Origin: Terriglobia bacterium
GTDB taxonomy: Bacteria > Acidobacteriota > Terriglobia > Bryobacterales > UBA6623
Reading direction: 5' to 3'
DNA length: 64,000 nt
Assembly: GCA_009841225.1 (NCBI GenBank)
Contig: VXMF01000036.1
Span: forward strand, 7,825 to 71,824
The notes under the pieces were generated by a model. The model did no database searches. It was given only the letters and a program-made list of their open reading frames with translations, and was not told where the DNA came from. Every line of letters begins with the position of its first letter. Positions within the stretch are counted from its first letter, which is position 1. The position numbers were made by a program, and so were the translations under genes. Below, in pieces: positions 19,624-28,954 of this stretch.

Positions 19624-20436
19624 TCAAGCGACTGCGGTCAGCCCGTACACCGCGATACCCGCCTGATCCGCCTCCGCCACCAGCTGCTCTTTCTCCAGCA
19701 AGAGTGTCTTCGCCGCGTCGACCGCGACGGCCGTAGCGTTCGCAGCGCGCATCTTCCGAATCGTCCGCAGGCCGATCACGGGTACGTCGAAGCGCATGTC
19801 TTGGTTGGGCTTTGACGCTTTCACCAGCGTCAGCCGCCGCCCGTTTGACAGGGCGCCGGCGCGCTCCAGCAGGGAGTCGGTGCCCTCCATGGCTTCGACC
19901 GCCACGCACGCCTGCTCGCAGATCACCACGCTCTGGCCGATGTCGAATCCCACCAGCGCCTGAGCGATCTCCCGGCCGTAGGCGATATCGCTCAATTCAC
20001 CCTTTGAAGGCCTTCGCCTCCCGTTAGGCCCTGCGTCGGCAAGGCTCGAGGTCAGGAAGTGCGTCGAATCGAGCAGCGAGATCCCTTCGTCCTCCAAGAC
20101 CTGCGCCAACGCGCCGAGCAGGGAATCGGTGTTCTTGCGCCGAAGGCTGTTGAGCAACTTGAGCAGGCGCAAGTCGGGGCGGATTGCCGAGAAGATCTGC
20201 TTGTGTTGAATGCGCCCGCTCATCACCGCTTGGCTGATTCCTTCGGCGTGGAACGTTTCGATCAGCTTGGACAGCTGGCCGAGCGACACCCACTGGCAGG
20301 AATCGGCCAGTTCCTCCACTTCCGGCGCGGCCTCTTCCGTGACGGCAACCACGGCCATCTGGTGGCCTGCTGCTCGCGCGGCCTTCAACGTGAGGATGGG
20401 AAAGCTGCCGCCTCCGGCGATGAGTCCGTACTTCAC
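19624..20436 (-). CDS. lpxI: UDP-2,3-diacylglucosamine diphosphatase LpxI
   Basis: The GTG start at 20436 (VKYGLIAGGGSFP) overlaps the lpxA TGA as GTGA at 20433-20436. The DUF1009/LpxI motifs DIGQSVV and VEAMEGTD are present. The N-terminal 128 codons of the 398-aa track ORF are an out-of-frame overlap of lpxA. Confidence 0.85.
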   Translation of the reverse strand: MKYGLIAGGGSFPILTLKAARAAGHQMAVVAVTEEAAPEVEELADSCQWVSLGQLSKLIETFHAEGISQAVMSGRIQHKQIFSAIRPDLRLLKLLNSLRRKNTDSLLGALAQVLEDEGISLLDSTHFLTSSLADAGPNGRRRPSKGELSDIAYGREIAQALVGFDIGQSVVICEQACVAVEAMEGTDSLLERAGALSNGRRLTLVKASKPNQDMRFDVPVIGLRTIRKMRAANATAVAVDAAKTLLLEKEQLVAEADQAGIAVYGLTAVA

Positions 20437-21209
20437 GGGACGAATCCCCGCTTGGAGCTGCGGACGAAGTCGCGAAGCTGATCGAGGTGCGGCGACGCAG
20501 GCAGTTCCGCGGCGATCTTGGCCAAGGCTTGGTCGTTGTTGAGCTCGGACTGAACCAAGATCTTGAATGCTTTCCTGAGAGATTGGATCTCCTGCGCGGA
20601 GAATCCCCGTCTCTTCAGCCCGGTGACGTTGATGTTGTGGGTCTTGGTTTCCCGCTCGCTCACGACCGTCGCGAACGGCAGCACGTCTTGGGTGACGACG
20701 CTGAACCCGCCGACGAAGCTGTGGGCGCCGATGCGGCAGTACTGATGGACGCCGCTGTGAGCGCCCACCCAGGCATAGTCCTGCACGGAGACGTGCCCGC
20801 CCAGCGTCGCCGAGTGGCACAGGACGCAGTTCGAGCCGACGAAGCAGTCGTGCGCGACGTGCGCATAGGCCTGCAGCAAGTTGTCGTCGCCGATCGCGGT
20901 CAAGCTCCCGCCGCCCGCAGTCCCGCGATGGAGGGTGCAGAATTCGCGGATCTGGTTGCGATCGCCGATGGTTGTTCTCGAAGGCTCGCCCCGGTACTTC
21001 AGATCTTGGGGAGCCACGCCCACGGTCGAGTACGGATAGAAGCAGTTGTCACGCCCGATCTCCGTGTCGCCATCGGCGTAGACATGAGCCATCAAGCGCG
21101 TGCCGGCTCCGATCCGAACGCCCGGCCCGACGATGCAGTACGGTCCGATCTCGGCGGTCGGGTCGACGCTCGCACCGGGGTCTACGATCGCCGTGCGGTG
21201 GATCGCCAT
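20433..21209 (-). CDS. lpxA: Acyl-ACP--UDP-N-acetylglucosamine O-acyltransferase LpxA
   Basis: The start MAIHRTAIVDPGASVDPTAEIGPYCIVGP is followed by left-handed beta-helix hexapeptide repeats and a C-terminal helical domain. The ATG at 21209-21207 overlaps the fabZ TGA as TGATG. Confidence 0.95.
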   Translation of the reverse strand: MAIHRTAIVDPGASVDPTAEIGPYCIVGPGVRIGAGTRLMAHVYADGDTEIGRDNCFYPYSTVGVAPQDLKYRGEPSRTTIGDRNQIREFCTLHRGTAGGGSLTAIGDDNLLQAYAHVAHDCFVGSNCVLCHSATLGGHVSVQDYAWVGAHSGVHQYCRIGAHSFVGGFSVVTQDVLPFATVVSERETKTHNINVTGLKRRGFSAQEIQSLRKAFKILVQSELNNDQALAKIAAELPASPHLDQLRDFVRSSKRGFVP

Positions 21210-21652
21210 CACGCGTATGCCGCGGGCTTGTCGGCGATGCTGCACATCAGCACTGCTTGCGCTACGAGCCGGTCGCCCACATAGGCCTGGCCCTGCATCT
21301 TGATCACGCTGCCGCGCCGCCGCAGGATGTCGAGCTCCAAGCGCAATTGGTCGCCTGGCGTCACCTGGACGCGGAAGCGGCACTCGTCGATCGAGGTAAA
21401 GAGCACCACCTTGCGCTCACGGTCTGCGATCGCTCCCAGCGCCAGCACTCCGCCGCACTGGGCCATGGCCTCCACGATCAACACGCCGGGCATGATCGGG
21501 TTGCCCGGAAAGTGGCCTTGGAAGAAGGGCTCGTTGAAGGTGACGTTCTTGATGCCGATGATCCGCTTGTCCGACATCTCGACAATCCTGTCCACCAGCA
21601 GCATCGGGTAGCGGTGCGGCAGGATCTTCTGGATTTCGTCGATGTTCAGCAT
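21209..21652 (-). CDS. fabZ: 3-hydroxyacyl-ACP dehydratase FabZ
   Basis: ILPHRYPMLLVDR and FFQGHFPGNPIMPGVLIVEAMAQ are present. 147 aa. Confidence 0.95.
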   Translation of the reverse strand: MLNIDEIQKILPHRYPMLLVDRIVEMSDKRIIGIKNVTFNEPFFQGHFPGNPIMPGVLIVEAMAQCGGVLALGAIADRERKVVLFTSIDECRFRVQVTPGDQLRLELDILRRRGSVIKMQGQAYVGDRLVAQAVLMCSIADKPAAYA

Positions 21653-21796
21653 CGCAGGAGCCCCGGAGCGCGACGGGCCGGCCTCGCGCGAAACTGCGAT
21701 TATATCCCACGCCCGGTGCAGAATGCCTCCACAGGCCGAGTAAGATATTTGTTTTCAAAGGGATGGATGCCGTGCTCAGCACCCGCGGTGATCGGG

Positions 21797-22819
21797 CTAG
21801 TCGCCCGCGCGGGAGACCCCCACGGTCTCCGGTTCGGCCCGGTACTGCGGTCCGCGCTCTGGCTGTGGCCGTTCCGCACGCGGCGTGCCGGCGGTCCGCT
21901 CGGGAAAGGGTTCGATTGCTTGGCGGCGCTTCTCGAGCATGACGATCAGGATTCCGAATGCCACGCACAGCACCCCGATGATCAGCTCCACCGGCAGTGC
22001 CTCGGCGTAGATCAATGCGCTGAACGCGACTCCGAAGATCGGAGTGGGGAACACGAACACGGACAGCAGCGCGGGCGAGTTCTTCTCCAGGAGGCGGATC
22101 CACAGCACGAATGCGATGCCCACCACGCCGAACGAGCAGTACATCCAAGACACGAACGGCCACAGCGTCAAAGGGCCGACCATCGGCGGTTCGAAGATGG
22201 CCGCAAAGAGCAGGAATACCGGCAGGGAAAACCCGACCTGCCAGAAGATTACCCGCATGGAATCCATGCGCTGCACCAAGCGTTGCGTGTAGACCATGCG
22301 ACCGCCGATGACCGCGGCGGTGACGAAGGCTAGGACATTGCCTAGGAGCGGGCGCGGCGCCAGGGAGGGGTCCGGCTGCCCTAGGAACAGTATGGCCACG
22401 CCTCCGAAGGCCATGGCCAGGCCTGCCAGTCGCTGACCCGAAAGGTGGTCTCCGGGCACGTAGAAGTGAGCGAACGTGTTGATGAAGACCGGCGCGGCAT
22501 TGAGCAGGACGGATGCGAACCCGGCCGATGTCCAGTCCAGGCTGAGGTTCAGCATGATGATCTGGATCGCGAAGAACACCCCGAGCTGGACCAGCGGACG
22601 GGTCTCGCCCGGCAGCGGCTTGAGGCGGACCCCGCCTTGGCGAGCCCAGGCCCATAGCACCGGCCATCCCAGTAGCGCGCGCCAGAATGCGTTCCAGGCT
22701 GGCGGGAACGTCGCGAGGGCAACCTTGATGCCGACGATGTTCAGGCCCCACATCGCCGACAGCAGCAGCGCCGTGGCAATCGCGGCCGCACCCGGCTTCT
22801 GCGGAGCCTTAGCGTGCAC
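21797..22819 (-). CDS. DMT-superfamily (EamA) transporter
   Basis: 340 aa, about 10 TM segments and two EamA-like halves. The GTG start at 22819 overlaps the stop of the upstream EamA gene by 11 nt. Confidence 0.85.
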   Translation of the reverse strand: MHAKAPQKPGAAAIATALLLSAMWGLNIVGIKVALATFPPAWNAFWRALLGWPVLWAWARQGGVRLKPLPGETRPLVQLGVFFAIQIIMLNLSLDWTSAGFASVLLNAAPVFINTFAHFYVPGDHLSGQRLAGLAMAFGGVAILFLGQPDPSLAPRPLLGNVLAFVTAAVIGGRMVYTQRLVQRMDSMRVIFWQVGFSLPVFLLFAAIFEPPMVGPLTLWPFVSWMYCSFGVVGIAFVLWIRLLEKNSPALLSVFVFPTPIFGVAFSALIYAEALPVELIIGVLCVAFGILIVMLEKRRQAIEPFPERTAGTPRAERPQPERGPQYRAEPETVGVSRAGD

Positions 22820-23741
22820 GCGAAGCCTCCCCCATCCTCACTTTGGTGACGATCGCAATACCCGCTGCCACCGCTACGGCACCCACCAGCAGGCGTCCGG
22901 TAATGCGCTCGTCGAACAGTGCGGCCGCGAGAAAAATTCCGAAGATGGGCACGCTGAAGGTGTACATCGCGAGATTGCCGGCGCTGTAGAGCCTCAGCAG
23001 AGACGTCCACGAGACGAAGCAGAAGCCCGCCACGACGATGGCTTGGTAGAGAATCGCCAGCACCGGCTCATACGACAGCGGCTGGAGCAGAGGCTCCTCG
23101 AAGGCGAGTGCCAGCGCCAGAAACCCGGGCAAAGACAGCACCATTTGCCAGATGACGGGCCGGTAGGCGCCGACGCGGCGCACCATGCGCTGCGTGTACA
23201 CGATGCGCAGCGCCAGCAGGAAAGACGAGACGAGCATCAGCGGGTTGCCGAGCATCGGATTCGGGGCCAGGGTCGCGTCCGGCTGCCCGAGCATCACGTA
23301 CGAAATGCCCCCGAAGGCGATGGCCAGCCCAAGCAGCCTGCTCGCGCTGAGCCGGTCAGCCTTGACGAAGTGGTGGCTAAGCAGATTGACCATTACGGGG
23401 TTGGTGTTGAGCAGGATCACGGCGTAGGCTGGAGACGTGTAGAACACCGATAGGTTGAAGATCGCGATCTGGGCCGTGAACATAGCCCCCAGAAGCAGGA
23501 AATCCCGCAGTTGGCCGCGCTCGATCCGGACCGGCTTGCGCAGCAACCAGGCCCACGCCGAGACTGCCAGCGCTCCGATGGCCATGCGCCAGAAAGCGCT
23601 CCAGAACGGCGGGATGGTGGCTAGCCCGAACTTGATCGAAACAATGTTGCCGCTCCAGAAGAAACTGATGAGCAGCGCGAATAGCCCGACCTTCCATGTG
23701 ACGGGGCGCGTAGCAGCGAGGCGGGCCGCGGCAGGACTCAT
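22809..23741 (-). CDS. DMT-superfamily (EamA) transporter
   Basis: This is the C-terminal 310 codons of the 658-aa track ORF, starting MSPAAARLAATRPVTWKVGLFALLISFFWSGN. The ATG at 23741-23739 overlaps the oxidase TGA as ATGA. The remainder of the track ORF is an out-of-frame overlap of the oxidase gene. Confidence 0.85.
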   Translation of the reverse strand: MSPAAARLAATRPVTWKVGLFALLISFFWSGNIVSIKFGLATIPPFWSAFWRMAIGALAVSAWAWLLRKPVRIERGQLRDFLLLGAMFTAQIAIFNLSVFYTSPAYAVILLNTNPVMVNLLSHHFVKADRLSASRLLGLAIAFGGISYVMLGQPDATLAPNPMLGNPLMLVSSFLLALRIVYTQRMVRRVGAYRPVIWQMVLSLPGFLALALAFEEPLLQPLSYEPVLAILYQAIVVAGFCFVSWTSLLRLYSAGNLAMYTFSVPIFGIFLAAALFDERITGRLLVGAVAVAAGIAIVTKVRMGEASRAR

Positions 23742-26662
23742 CGCGAGTCCTTGAGGCTGTCGCAGAGGATTTCGGCCACGTGCCGGGCCGTTCGATTCGT
23801 GAAGTGGTCGACCTGCTGGCGGCAGGACACGCCGCTGACGGCGATCTCCGTATCGGAGGTTGCGGAATTCACCGCCGGGAAGAGCCGCTCGGCTCCAATC
23901 TTTTGGGAGATCTCGTAGTGGCCCTTCTCGAAGCCGAAGGATCCGGCCATGCCGCAGCAGCCGGAGTTGATCTCCTCCACTCGCTGCCCGGGCACAAGCC
24001 TTAGGGTTCGAAGGGTCGCGCGCGTGCCGATTTGGGCCTTTTGATGGCAATGCCCGTGGTACAGAACGTTGCGCTCGAGCGGCTGCCAGTCGATGTCGAG
24101 TTCGTTGCGGTCGGCCAGTTGCTGCAAGAACTCTTCCAGCATCAGCGCCTTGGCAGCGACGCGTTTGGCCGCGCTGCCCGGCACGAGCTCCGGATATTCT
24201 TCTCGCAGCGTAAGCAGGCAACTGGGCTCGCAGCCGACGATCTGTGTGTTGTCGCTGGCCTGCGCGTCGAGTTCGCGCACGTTGTGGACGGCCGCCTCGC
24301 GGGTGTCTTCCAGCAGGCCGTGCGAGAGCATCGGGCGGCCGCAGCAGCGGTGGTCGGCTAGCCGGACTTCGTAACCCGCAGCCTCGAGCAGCGCGACTGC
24401 TGCCTGGCCGACCTCCGGGTAGTTGAAGTTCATGAAGCAGTCGTCCAGCAAGATCACCTGTCCGCGGTCGGCGGCGCGGTTCCTCGCGGGACGGCGAGCG
24501 AACCAGTCGCGGAAAGTTTGCACGGCCATGCTGGGCGGCCTTCGCCTGCGATCGACCTGCAGGACGATCTCGTTCAGCCATCGCACGGGCGACAGCGCAC
24601 CCACGAAGTTGAACAGGCGCGGCATCTTGCCGGCCAGGCGGTAGATGCGCTCGATGTGTCCGAATGCCTTGGCCTTCAGCGGCACGCCGTGCTCGTCGTA
24701 ATAGTGGGACAGCCATTCGTACTTGATCTTGGCCATGTCCACGTTGGACGGACACTCGGTCTTGCACGCCTTGCAGGCGAGGCACAGGTCAAGCACGTCG
24801 TGCATGCGGCGCGACGTGAACTCCTCGGGCGGAAGCGCCCCGGACAGGGCGGCGCGCAAGGCGTTGGCGCGGCCCCGCGTGGAATGCTCCTCGTCCATCG
24901 TCGCGTGGTACGAGGGGCACATTGTGCCCGTCATGCGCTTGCGGCAGACGCCCGCTCCGTTGCACAGCTCGATCGCCCGGTCGAACCCTCCCTCGCCGGA
25001 AAAGTCCAGCGTCGTCTTCACTTGGCGCATCTTGTAGTCCGCGCCCCAGCGCAGGTCATCGGTGAGTTCGGGAGCGTTGACCACCTTGCCCGGATTGAGT
25101 ATGTTGTGCGGGTCCATGGCCCGCTTCAAGTCCAAGAATCCTTGGTAGATCTTGTCGCCGAAGAGCCACTTGTTGTACTTGCTGCGGGCGATGCCGTCCC
25201 CGTGCTCGCCGGACATCGAGCCGCCGTAGTTCATCACGATGCCGAAGACCTCGTCGGCAATCGCGGCCATCTTGCGCACTTCCGCCGGATCCTTGAGATT
25301 GACCATCGGACGGACGTGCAGGCAGCCGACCGAGGCGTGGCCGTAGTAGCCGCCGTGGGCCTCGTACTTCTCGAGGATGTTGCGAAAGTCCCTCAGGAAG
25401 CTGCCCATCTGCTGGATCGGCACTGCCGGATCCTCCACGAATGCGATCGGCTTGTGGTCCCCCTTCACCGACATCAGGATGCCGAGGGCTTCCTTGCGCA
25501 CCCCCCAGACCTGCGCTTGCCTTGCCGGATCGCTGATCGGCAAGTAGCCGAATCCGGTGCCGTTCCGCTCCAGCAGATGGCGCAGAGCGTCGAGCTTGGC
25601 GTCGACCTCGCCCGCGGTCTCGCCTTGGTACTCCACGACCATCAGCGCTTGGGCGCCTTGGTCGACCCAGTCGAGCTTGCCCGCAAATGACGGGTTGGCG
25701 CGGGCGTTGTTGAGAATGAACTCGTCGATCAGTTCCGCTGCGGACGGGTTGGTCGAAACGATCATCTCGGCGGCGTCGACCGCAGCGAAAACGGAGTCGA
25801 AATGCACCACGAGGATGCCCTTGCTGGCGGGCGAGCGGACAATGCGCAGCTTGGCCTCGGTGACCACGGCCAGGGTTCCCTCGCAGCCGACAACGACCCG
25901 GCTGAGGTTGAGCGGGCCGGGACGGCTGGAATAGCCCGCGCCGAAGGTGTCTCCATCGCGCACGAGTTCGTCCAGGTTGTAGCCGCTGACGCGCCGCAGG
26001 ATCTGCGGGAATCTGGTCAAGACCTCGTCGCGGTACCGCGCTCCGATCTGGGGCAGCTGGCGGTACAGGGAGGCCAGGAAATCGTCCCCCCTGCCGAGTG
26101 CTTCCAAATCGCCGTTCGCGACAGGTTTCAGCCACGCTTCGGAGCCGTCGGCGAACACGCAGCGGAGTTCCAGCACGTGATCGATCGTCTTGCCGTACAG
26201 GATCGAATGCGAACCGGCCGAGTTGTTGCCGATCATGCCGCCGATGGTGCCGCGGCTCGCCGACGACGTGTTGGGGCCGAATTGATAGCCCAGCGGCCTC
26301 AGGTGCCTGCCCAGCTGGTCTTGGACTACGCCCGGCTGGATACGCACCCAGCCCTCCTCGAGGTTGGTCTCGAGGATGCCGTTCATGTACTTGGCGAAAT
26401 CGATATGGACGGCCTCGCCCACCGTCTGGCCGGACAGGCTCGTGGCCCCGCCTCGGGGCAGGACAGGCACGCGGTGCTTGGAGCAGAGCTGGAGTAGGGA
26501 CCTGACGTCTCCGTGGTGCCGCGGGATGACCGCACCGATCGGCTCGATCTGCCAGACCGAGGCGTCGGTGGAGTATAAGACCCGCGAGTAGCGGTCGAAG
26601 CGTACCTCGCCCTCGATCTGGCGGCTGATCTGTACAGCGAGGTCGCTCGGGTATGCGGACAT
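23738..26662 (-). CDS. FAD-binding oxidase fused to Fe-S/CCG domains (GlcD+GlcF-like; YdiJ-type D-2-hydroxyacid dehydrogenase family)
   Basis: 974 aa. The N-terminal half is an FAD PCMH-type domain (LPRGGATSLSGQ). The middle has 4Fe-4S motifs (CNGAGVCRK, CLACKACKTECP). The C-terminal half has CCG motifs (HRCCGRP, SGCCGMAG). Confidence 0.9.
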   Translation of the reverse strand: MSAYPSDLAVQISRQIEGEVRFDRYSRVLYSTDASVWQIEPIGAVIPRHHGDVRSLLQLCSKHRVPVLPRGGATSLSGQTVGEAVHIDFAKYMNGILETNLEEGWVRIQPGVVQDQLGRHLRPLGYQFGPNTSSASRGTIGGMIGNNSAGSHSILYGKTIDHVLELRCVFADGSEAWLKPVANGDLEALGRGDDFLASLYRQLPQIGARYRDEVLTRFPQILRRVSGYNLDELVRDGDTFGAGYSSRPGPLNLSRVVVGCEGTLAVVTEAKLRIVRSPASKGILVVHFDSVFAAVDAAEMIVSTNPSAAELIDEFILNNARANPSFAGKLDWVDQGAQALMVVEYQGETAGEVDAKLDALRHLLERNGTGFGYLPISDPARQAQVWGVRKEALGILMSVKGDHKPIAFVEDPAVPIQQMGSFLRDFRNILEKYEAHGGYYGHASVGCLHVRPMVNLKDPAEVRKMAAIADEVFGIVMNYGGSMSGEHGDGIARSKYNKWLFGDKIYQGFLDLKRAMDPHNILNPGKVVNAPELTDDLRWGADYKMRQVKTTLDFSGEGGFDRAIELCNGAGVCRKRMTGTMCPSYHATMDEEHSTRGRANALRAALSGALPPEEFTSRRMHDVLDLCLACKACKTECPSNVDMAKIKYEWLSHYYDEHGVPLKAKAFGHIERIYRLAGKMPRLFNFVGALSPVRWLNEIVLQVDRRRRPPSMAVQTFRDWFARRPARNRAADRGQVILLDDCFMNFNYPEVGQAAVALLEAAGYEVRLADHRCCGRPMLSHGLLEDTREAAVHNVRELDAQASDNTQIVGCEPSCLLTLREEYPELVPGSAAKRVAAKALMLEEFLQQLADRNELDIDWQPLERNVLYHGHCHQKAQIGTRATLRTLRLVPGQRVEEINSGCCGMAGSFGFEKGHYEISQKIGAERLFPAVNSATSDTEIAVSGVSCRQQVDHFTNRTARHVAEILCDSLKDSR

Positions 26663-26722
26663 AGCTCAAGCTCGCGACCGGCCGGACGCATGTCTCGCGT
26701 CCGAAATCCGCACGCCGCGACT

Positions 26723-27940
26723 TCAGGCGAGCGCTTGCCGGATCCGCCGACTCAGGCGGGACAGGCCGATATCAATATTTTCGTCTCTTACGTTTGAAAA
26801 AGAAAGTCGCAGGGCATTGGACCGTCCGGACTCGGCGAAGAACGGCCCTCCTGGAATGAAGGCGACTTGATCCTGTTCAAGGCTGTCGTGGAGCAAGCCC
26901 AGCGCGTCGATGCCCTCGGGCAGGTCCAGCCACTGAAACAAGCCGCCGCGCGCCGCATGCCAGCGCGCCAAGCCGGAAAAGTGCTCCCCTAGGGCGGTCT
27001 GCATCGTCTTGGACTTGGCAGCGTAGAAGTTGCGGGCAAGGGCTGCTTGGGCCGGCATCCAGCCCCGTTCGAGGAATTCCAGCACCAGCCGCTGGCTATG
27101 CGTCGGCGTGCACAGGTCGCCGGTCTCCTTGCAGTACTCGATCCGCTGGATGATCTCGGCGGGGCCGTGCATCCACGCCACGCGCAGTCCGGGTGCGAGG
27201 ATCTTGGAGAATGTCGAGACGTAGATCACGTGGTTGCTGTCGGCGCAAGACTTGATTGGCGCCAGGGCCTCGGGATCGATCCCATCGAAGTAGAGTTCGC
27301 CGTACGCGTCGTCTTCCACCACCACCACCCCTTCGTGGCGCGACAGGTCGCAAAGTGCTTGCCGCCGGGCTTGCGACCACACCGTCCCGGCAGGGTTTTG
27401 AAAGTTTGGGACGACGTAGATGAGCTTGCACGGGCGGCCTTGGGAGCGCGCCTCGGCGACGCGCTGGGCGAGGTGACCCATGTCCATGCCGTCCTCGTCG
27501 CACTCGACTGCAAACAGCTTGGCCCGAAAGTTCTCGAAGGACGACATTGCGCCGATAAAGCTTGGCGTCTCCACGAAGACCGCGTCGCCCGGGTCCAGCA
27601 GCACTCTGGCGATGAAATCCAGCCCCTGTTGGGAGCCGCTGGCAAGCAGCGTTTCGGCCGGGGTGGACTCGATGCCCTTCAGCGAGCGGTCGCGCTCGCA
27701 GACTGCATTGATGAGCTGCGCGTTGCCGCGGGTCACGGAGTACTGAAAAACATGGCCGCGCTCGCGCTCGACCAGATCGTGCAGGATCTGGCGCAGCTTC
27801 TCGTGCGGAAAGGTCTCGGCATTGGGCGAGCCGGCGGCGAACGAGATCACGTGCGGCTGGTTGACCAAGCCGGTGAGCTGGCGGATCAGCGACGAACGCA
27901 TCCCGCGCGCGTCCCGCGAAAGCATGTCGTCCGGATTCAT
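26723..27940 (-). CDS. PLP-dependent aminotransferase (class I/II; LysN/ARO8-like 2-aminoadipate-type)
   Basis: ATG at 27940 (MNPDDMLSRDARGMRSSLIRQL). SFAAGSPN is present, and the PLP-lysine context is YVSTFSKILAPGLRVAW. Confidence 0.85.
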   Translation of the reverse strand: MNPDDMLSRDARGMRSSLIRQLTGLVNQPHVISFAAGSPNAETFPHEKLRQILHDLVERERGHVFQYSVTRGNAQLINAVCERDRSLKGIESTPAETLLASGSQQGLDFIARVLLDPGDAVFVETPSFIGAMSSFENFRAKLFAVECDEDGMDMGHLAQRVAEARSQGRPCKLIYVVPNFQNPAGTVWSQARRQALCDLSRHEGVVVVEDDAYGELYFDGIDPEALAPIKSCADSNHVIYVSTFSKILAPGLRVAWMHGPAEIIQRIEYCKETGDLCTPTHSQRLVLEFLERGWMPAQAALARNFYAAKSKTMQTALGEHFSGLARWHAARGGLFQWLDLPEGIDALGLLHDSLEQDQVAFIPGGPFFAESGRSNALRLSFSNVRDENIDIGLSRLSRRIRQALA

Positions 27941-27997
27941 GGAGGCAGCGTAGCAGAGAGCCACGGCGAGGCAGCGGCCGCCCAAGATCCGGGCCGC

Positions 27998-28891
27998 TTA
28001 GCCGCGCGGGTGGTAGCTGTCGTAGATCTTGCGCATCCGGGAGCGCAACACGTGCGTGTAGATCTGCGTGGTGGAGATATCCGCGTGCCCGAGCATCAGC
28101 TGGAGGCTGCGCAGGTCGGCCCCGTGCTCCAGCAGGTGTGTCGCGAAGCTGTGCCGCAGCACGTGGGGCGAGATCCGCTTGTCGATGCCGGCGACGAGGC
28201 CATACTTGCGCAACAGCTTCCAAAACGCTTGCCGCGACATCGACCTGCCGAGGGAGGTGACGAACAGGAACTCCGAGGAGGCGTTCTTGAGGATTGCCTG
28301 CCGATGTTGCGCGACGTAGCTCTCGATCGCCTCAAGGGCCGTCCGGCCGACAGGGACCAGGCGTGTCTTGTTGCCCTTGCCAACCGTGCGCACGATCCCC
28401 ATCTTGGAGTCGAGGTCGGAGAGCCGCACAGCGACCAGCTCAGAAACCCGCAGGCCGGTCGCGTACAGCAGTTGCAGCATCGCGAGATCGCGGCTGCCCA
28501 GGGGTGTCTCGGGCGGCGGTGCGGCGAGCAGCTGGTCAACCTCGTTATAGGTGAGGTACTTTGGCAGCGTTTTCCACTGGCCCGGAGAAGCGAGGTTGGC
28601 CGAGGGATCTTCGACGATCCGGCCCTGATCGACCAGATAGCGATACAGGCTGCGAATGCTGCTGAGATACCGAGCGACCGACCGAGCACTCAAGCCAGCC
28701 TCGTAGAGCCCGTCGAGAAAACCTCTCAGGTCGGCATTGCTGGCCCCCGATACGCGCGCGTCCCGCCCAGCCAGGAACTCCGAGAGGCGGGTCAGATCTC
28801 GGCGATACGCGGCGATGCTGTTCGCGGACAGGCCCTTTTCGACACTGGCGTAGGCTAGGAATTCCTGCAGCGAGGAGTCCGCCCGCTCCAC
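27998..28891 (-). CDS. xerD: Site-specific tyrosine recombinase XerD
   Basis: LQEFLAYASVEKGLSANSIAAYRRDL, GKGNKTRLVPVG and SPHVLRHSFATHLLEHGADLRSLQLMLGHADISTTQIYTHV are present. The GTG at 28891 gives 297 aa, a typical XerD length. An alternative ATG lies at 28942. Confidence 0.85.
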   Translation of the reverse strand: MERADSSLQEFLAYASVEKGLSANSIAAYRRDLTRLSEFLAGRDARVSGASNADLRGFLDGLYEAGLSARSVARYLSSIRSLYRYLVDQGRIVEDPSANLASPGQWKTLPKYLTYNEVDQLLAAPPPETPLGSRDLAMLQLLYATGLRVSELVAVRLSDLDSKMGIVRTVGKGNKTRLVPVGRTALEAIESYVAQHRQAILKNASSEFLFVTSLGRSMSRQAFWKLLRKYGLVAGIDKRISPHVLRHSFATHLLEHGADLRSLQLMLGHADISTTQIYTHVLRSRMRKIYDSYHPRG

Positions 28892-28954
28892 AGGCCAATC
28901 ATACCGGACTGCTTGTGGGAGCCCTGCTTGACACCCCTGCATGTGCGTACTAGC

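Noticed and set aside
20972-22333. 453-aa plus-strand ORF, plus the similar long ORFs 21417..22751 (minus), 24518..25690 (plus), 25056..26669 (minus), 41910..43268 (plus), 34177..35415 (plus), 37373..38428 (plus) and 57396..59237 (plus)
   Set aside because: All overlap genes with clear family assignments, either antisense or out of frame. All show the Arg/Pro/His/Gly-rich composition expected from stop-poor alternative frames of GC-rich DNA.
22809-24785. 658-aa ORF as a single gene
   Set aside because: Only the C-terminal 310 aa (from ATG 23741) is an EamA transporter. The N-terminal part is an out-of-frame read-through of the FAD/FeS oxidase gene. The same logic applies to 19624..20820 (lpxI), 20433..21383 (lpxA), 1824..2984 (DUF1697), 29508..30593 (trxB) and 41478..43406.
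27047-28858. 603-aa plus-strand ORF spanning the aminotransferase and xerD regions
   Set aside because: It lies antisense to two genes with unambiguous homology, has low-complexity Arg/Ala/Gly composition, and crosses an intergenic boundary. It is a shadow ORF.
27998-28942. Tyrosine recombinase as a marker of an integrated mobile element
   Set aside because: Length and motifs match housekeeping XerD. No flanking tRNA, direct repeats, phage or transposon genes are present. The neighbours are core genes (trxB, aminotransferase operon).
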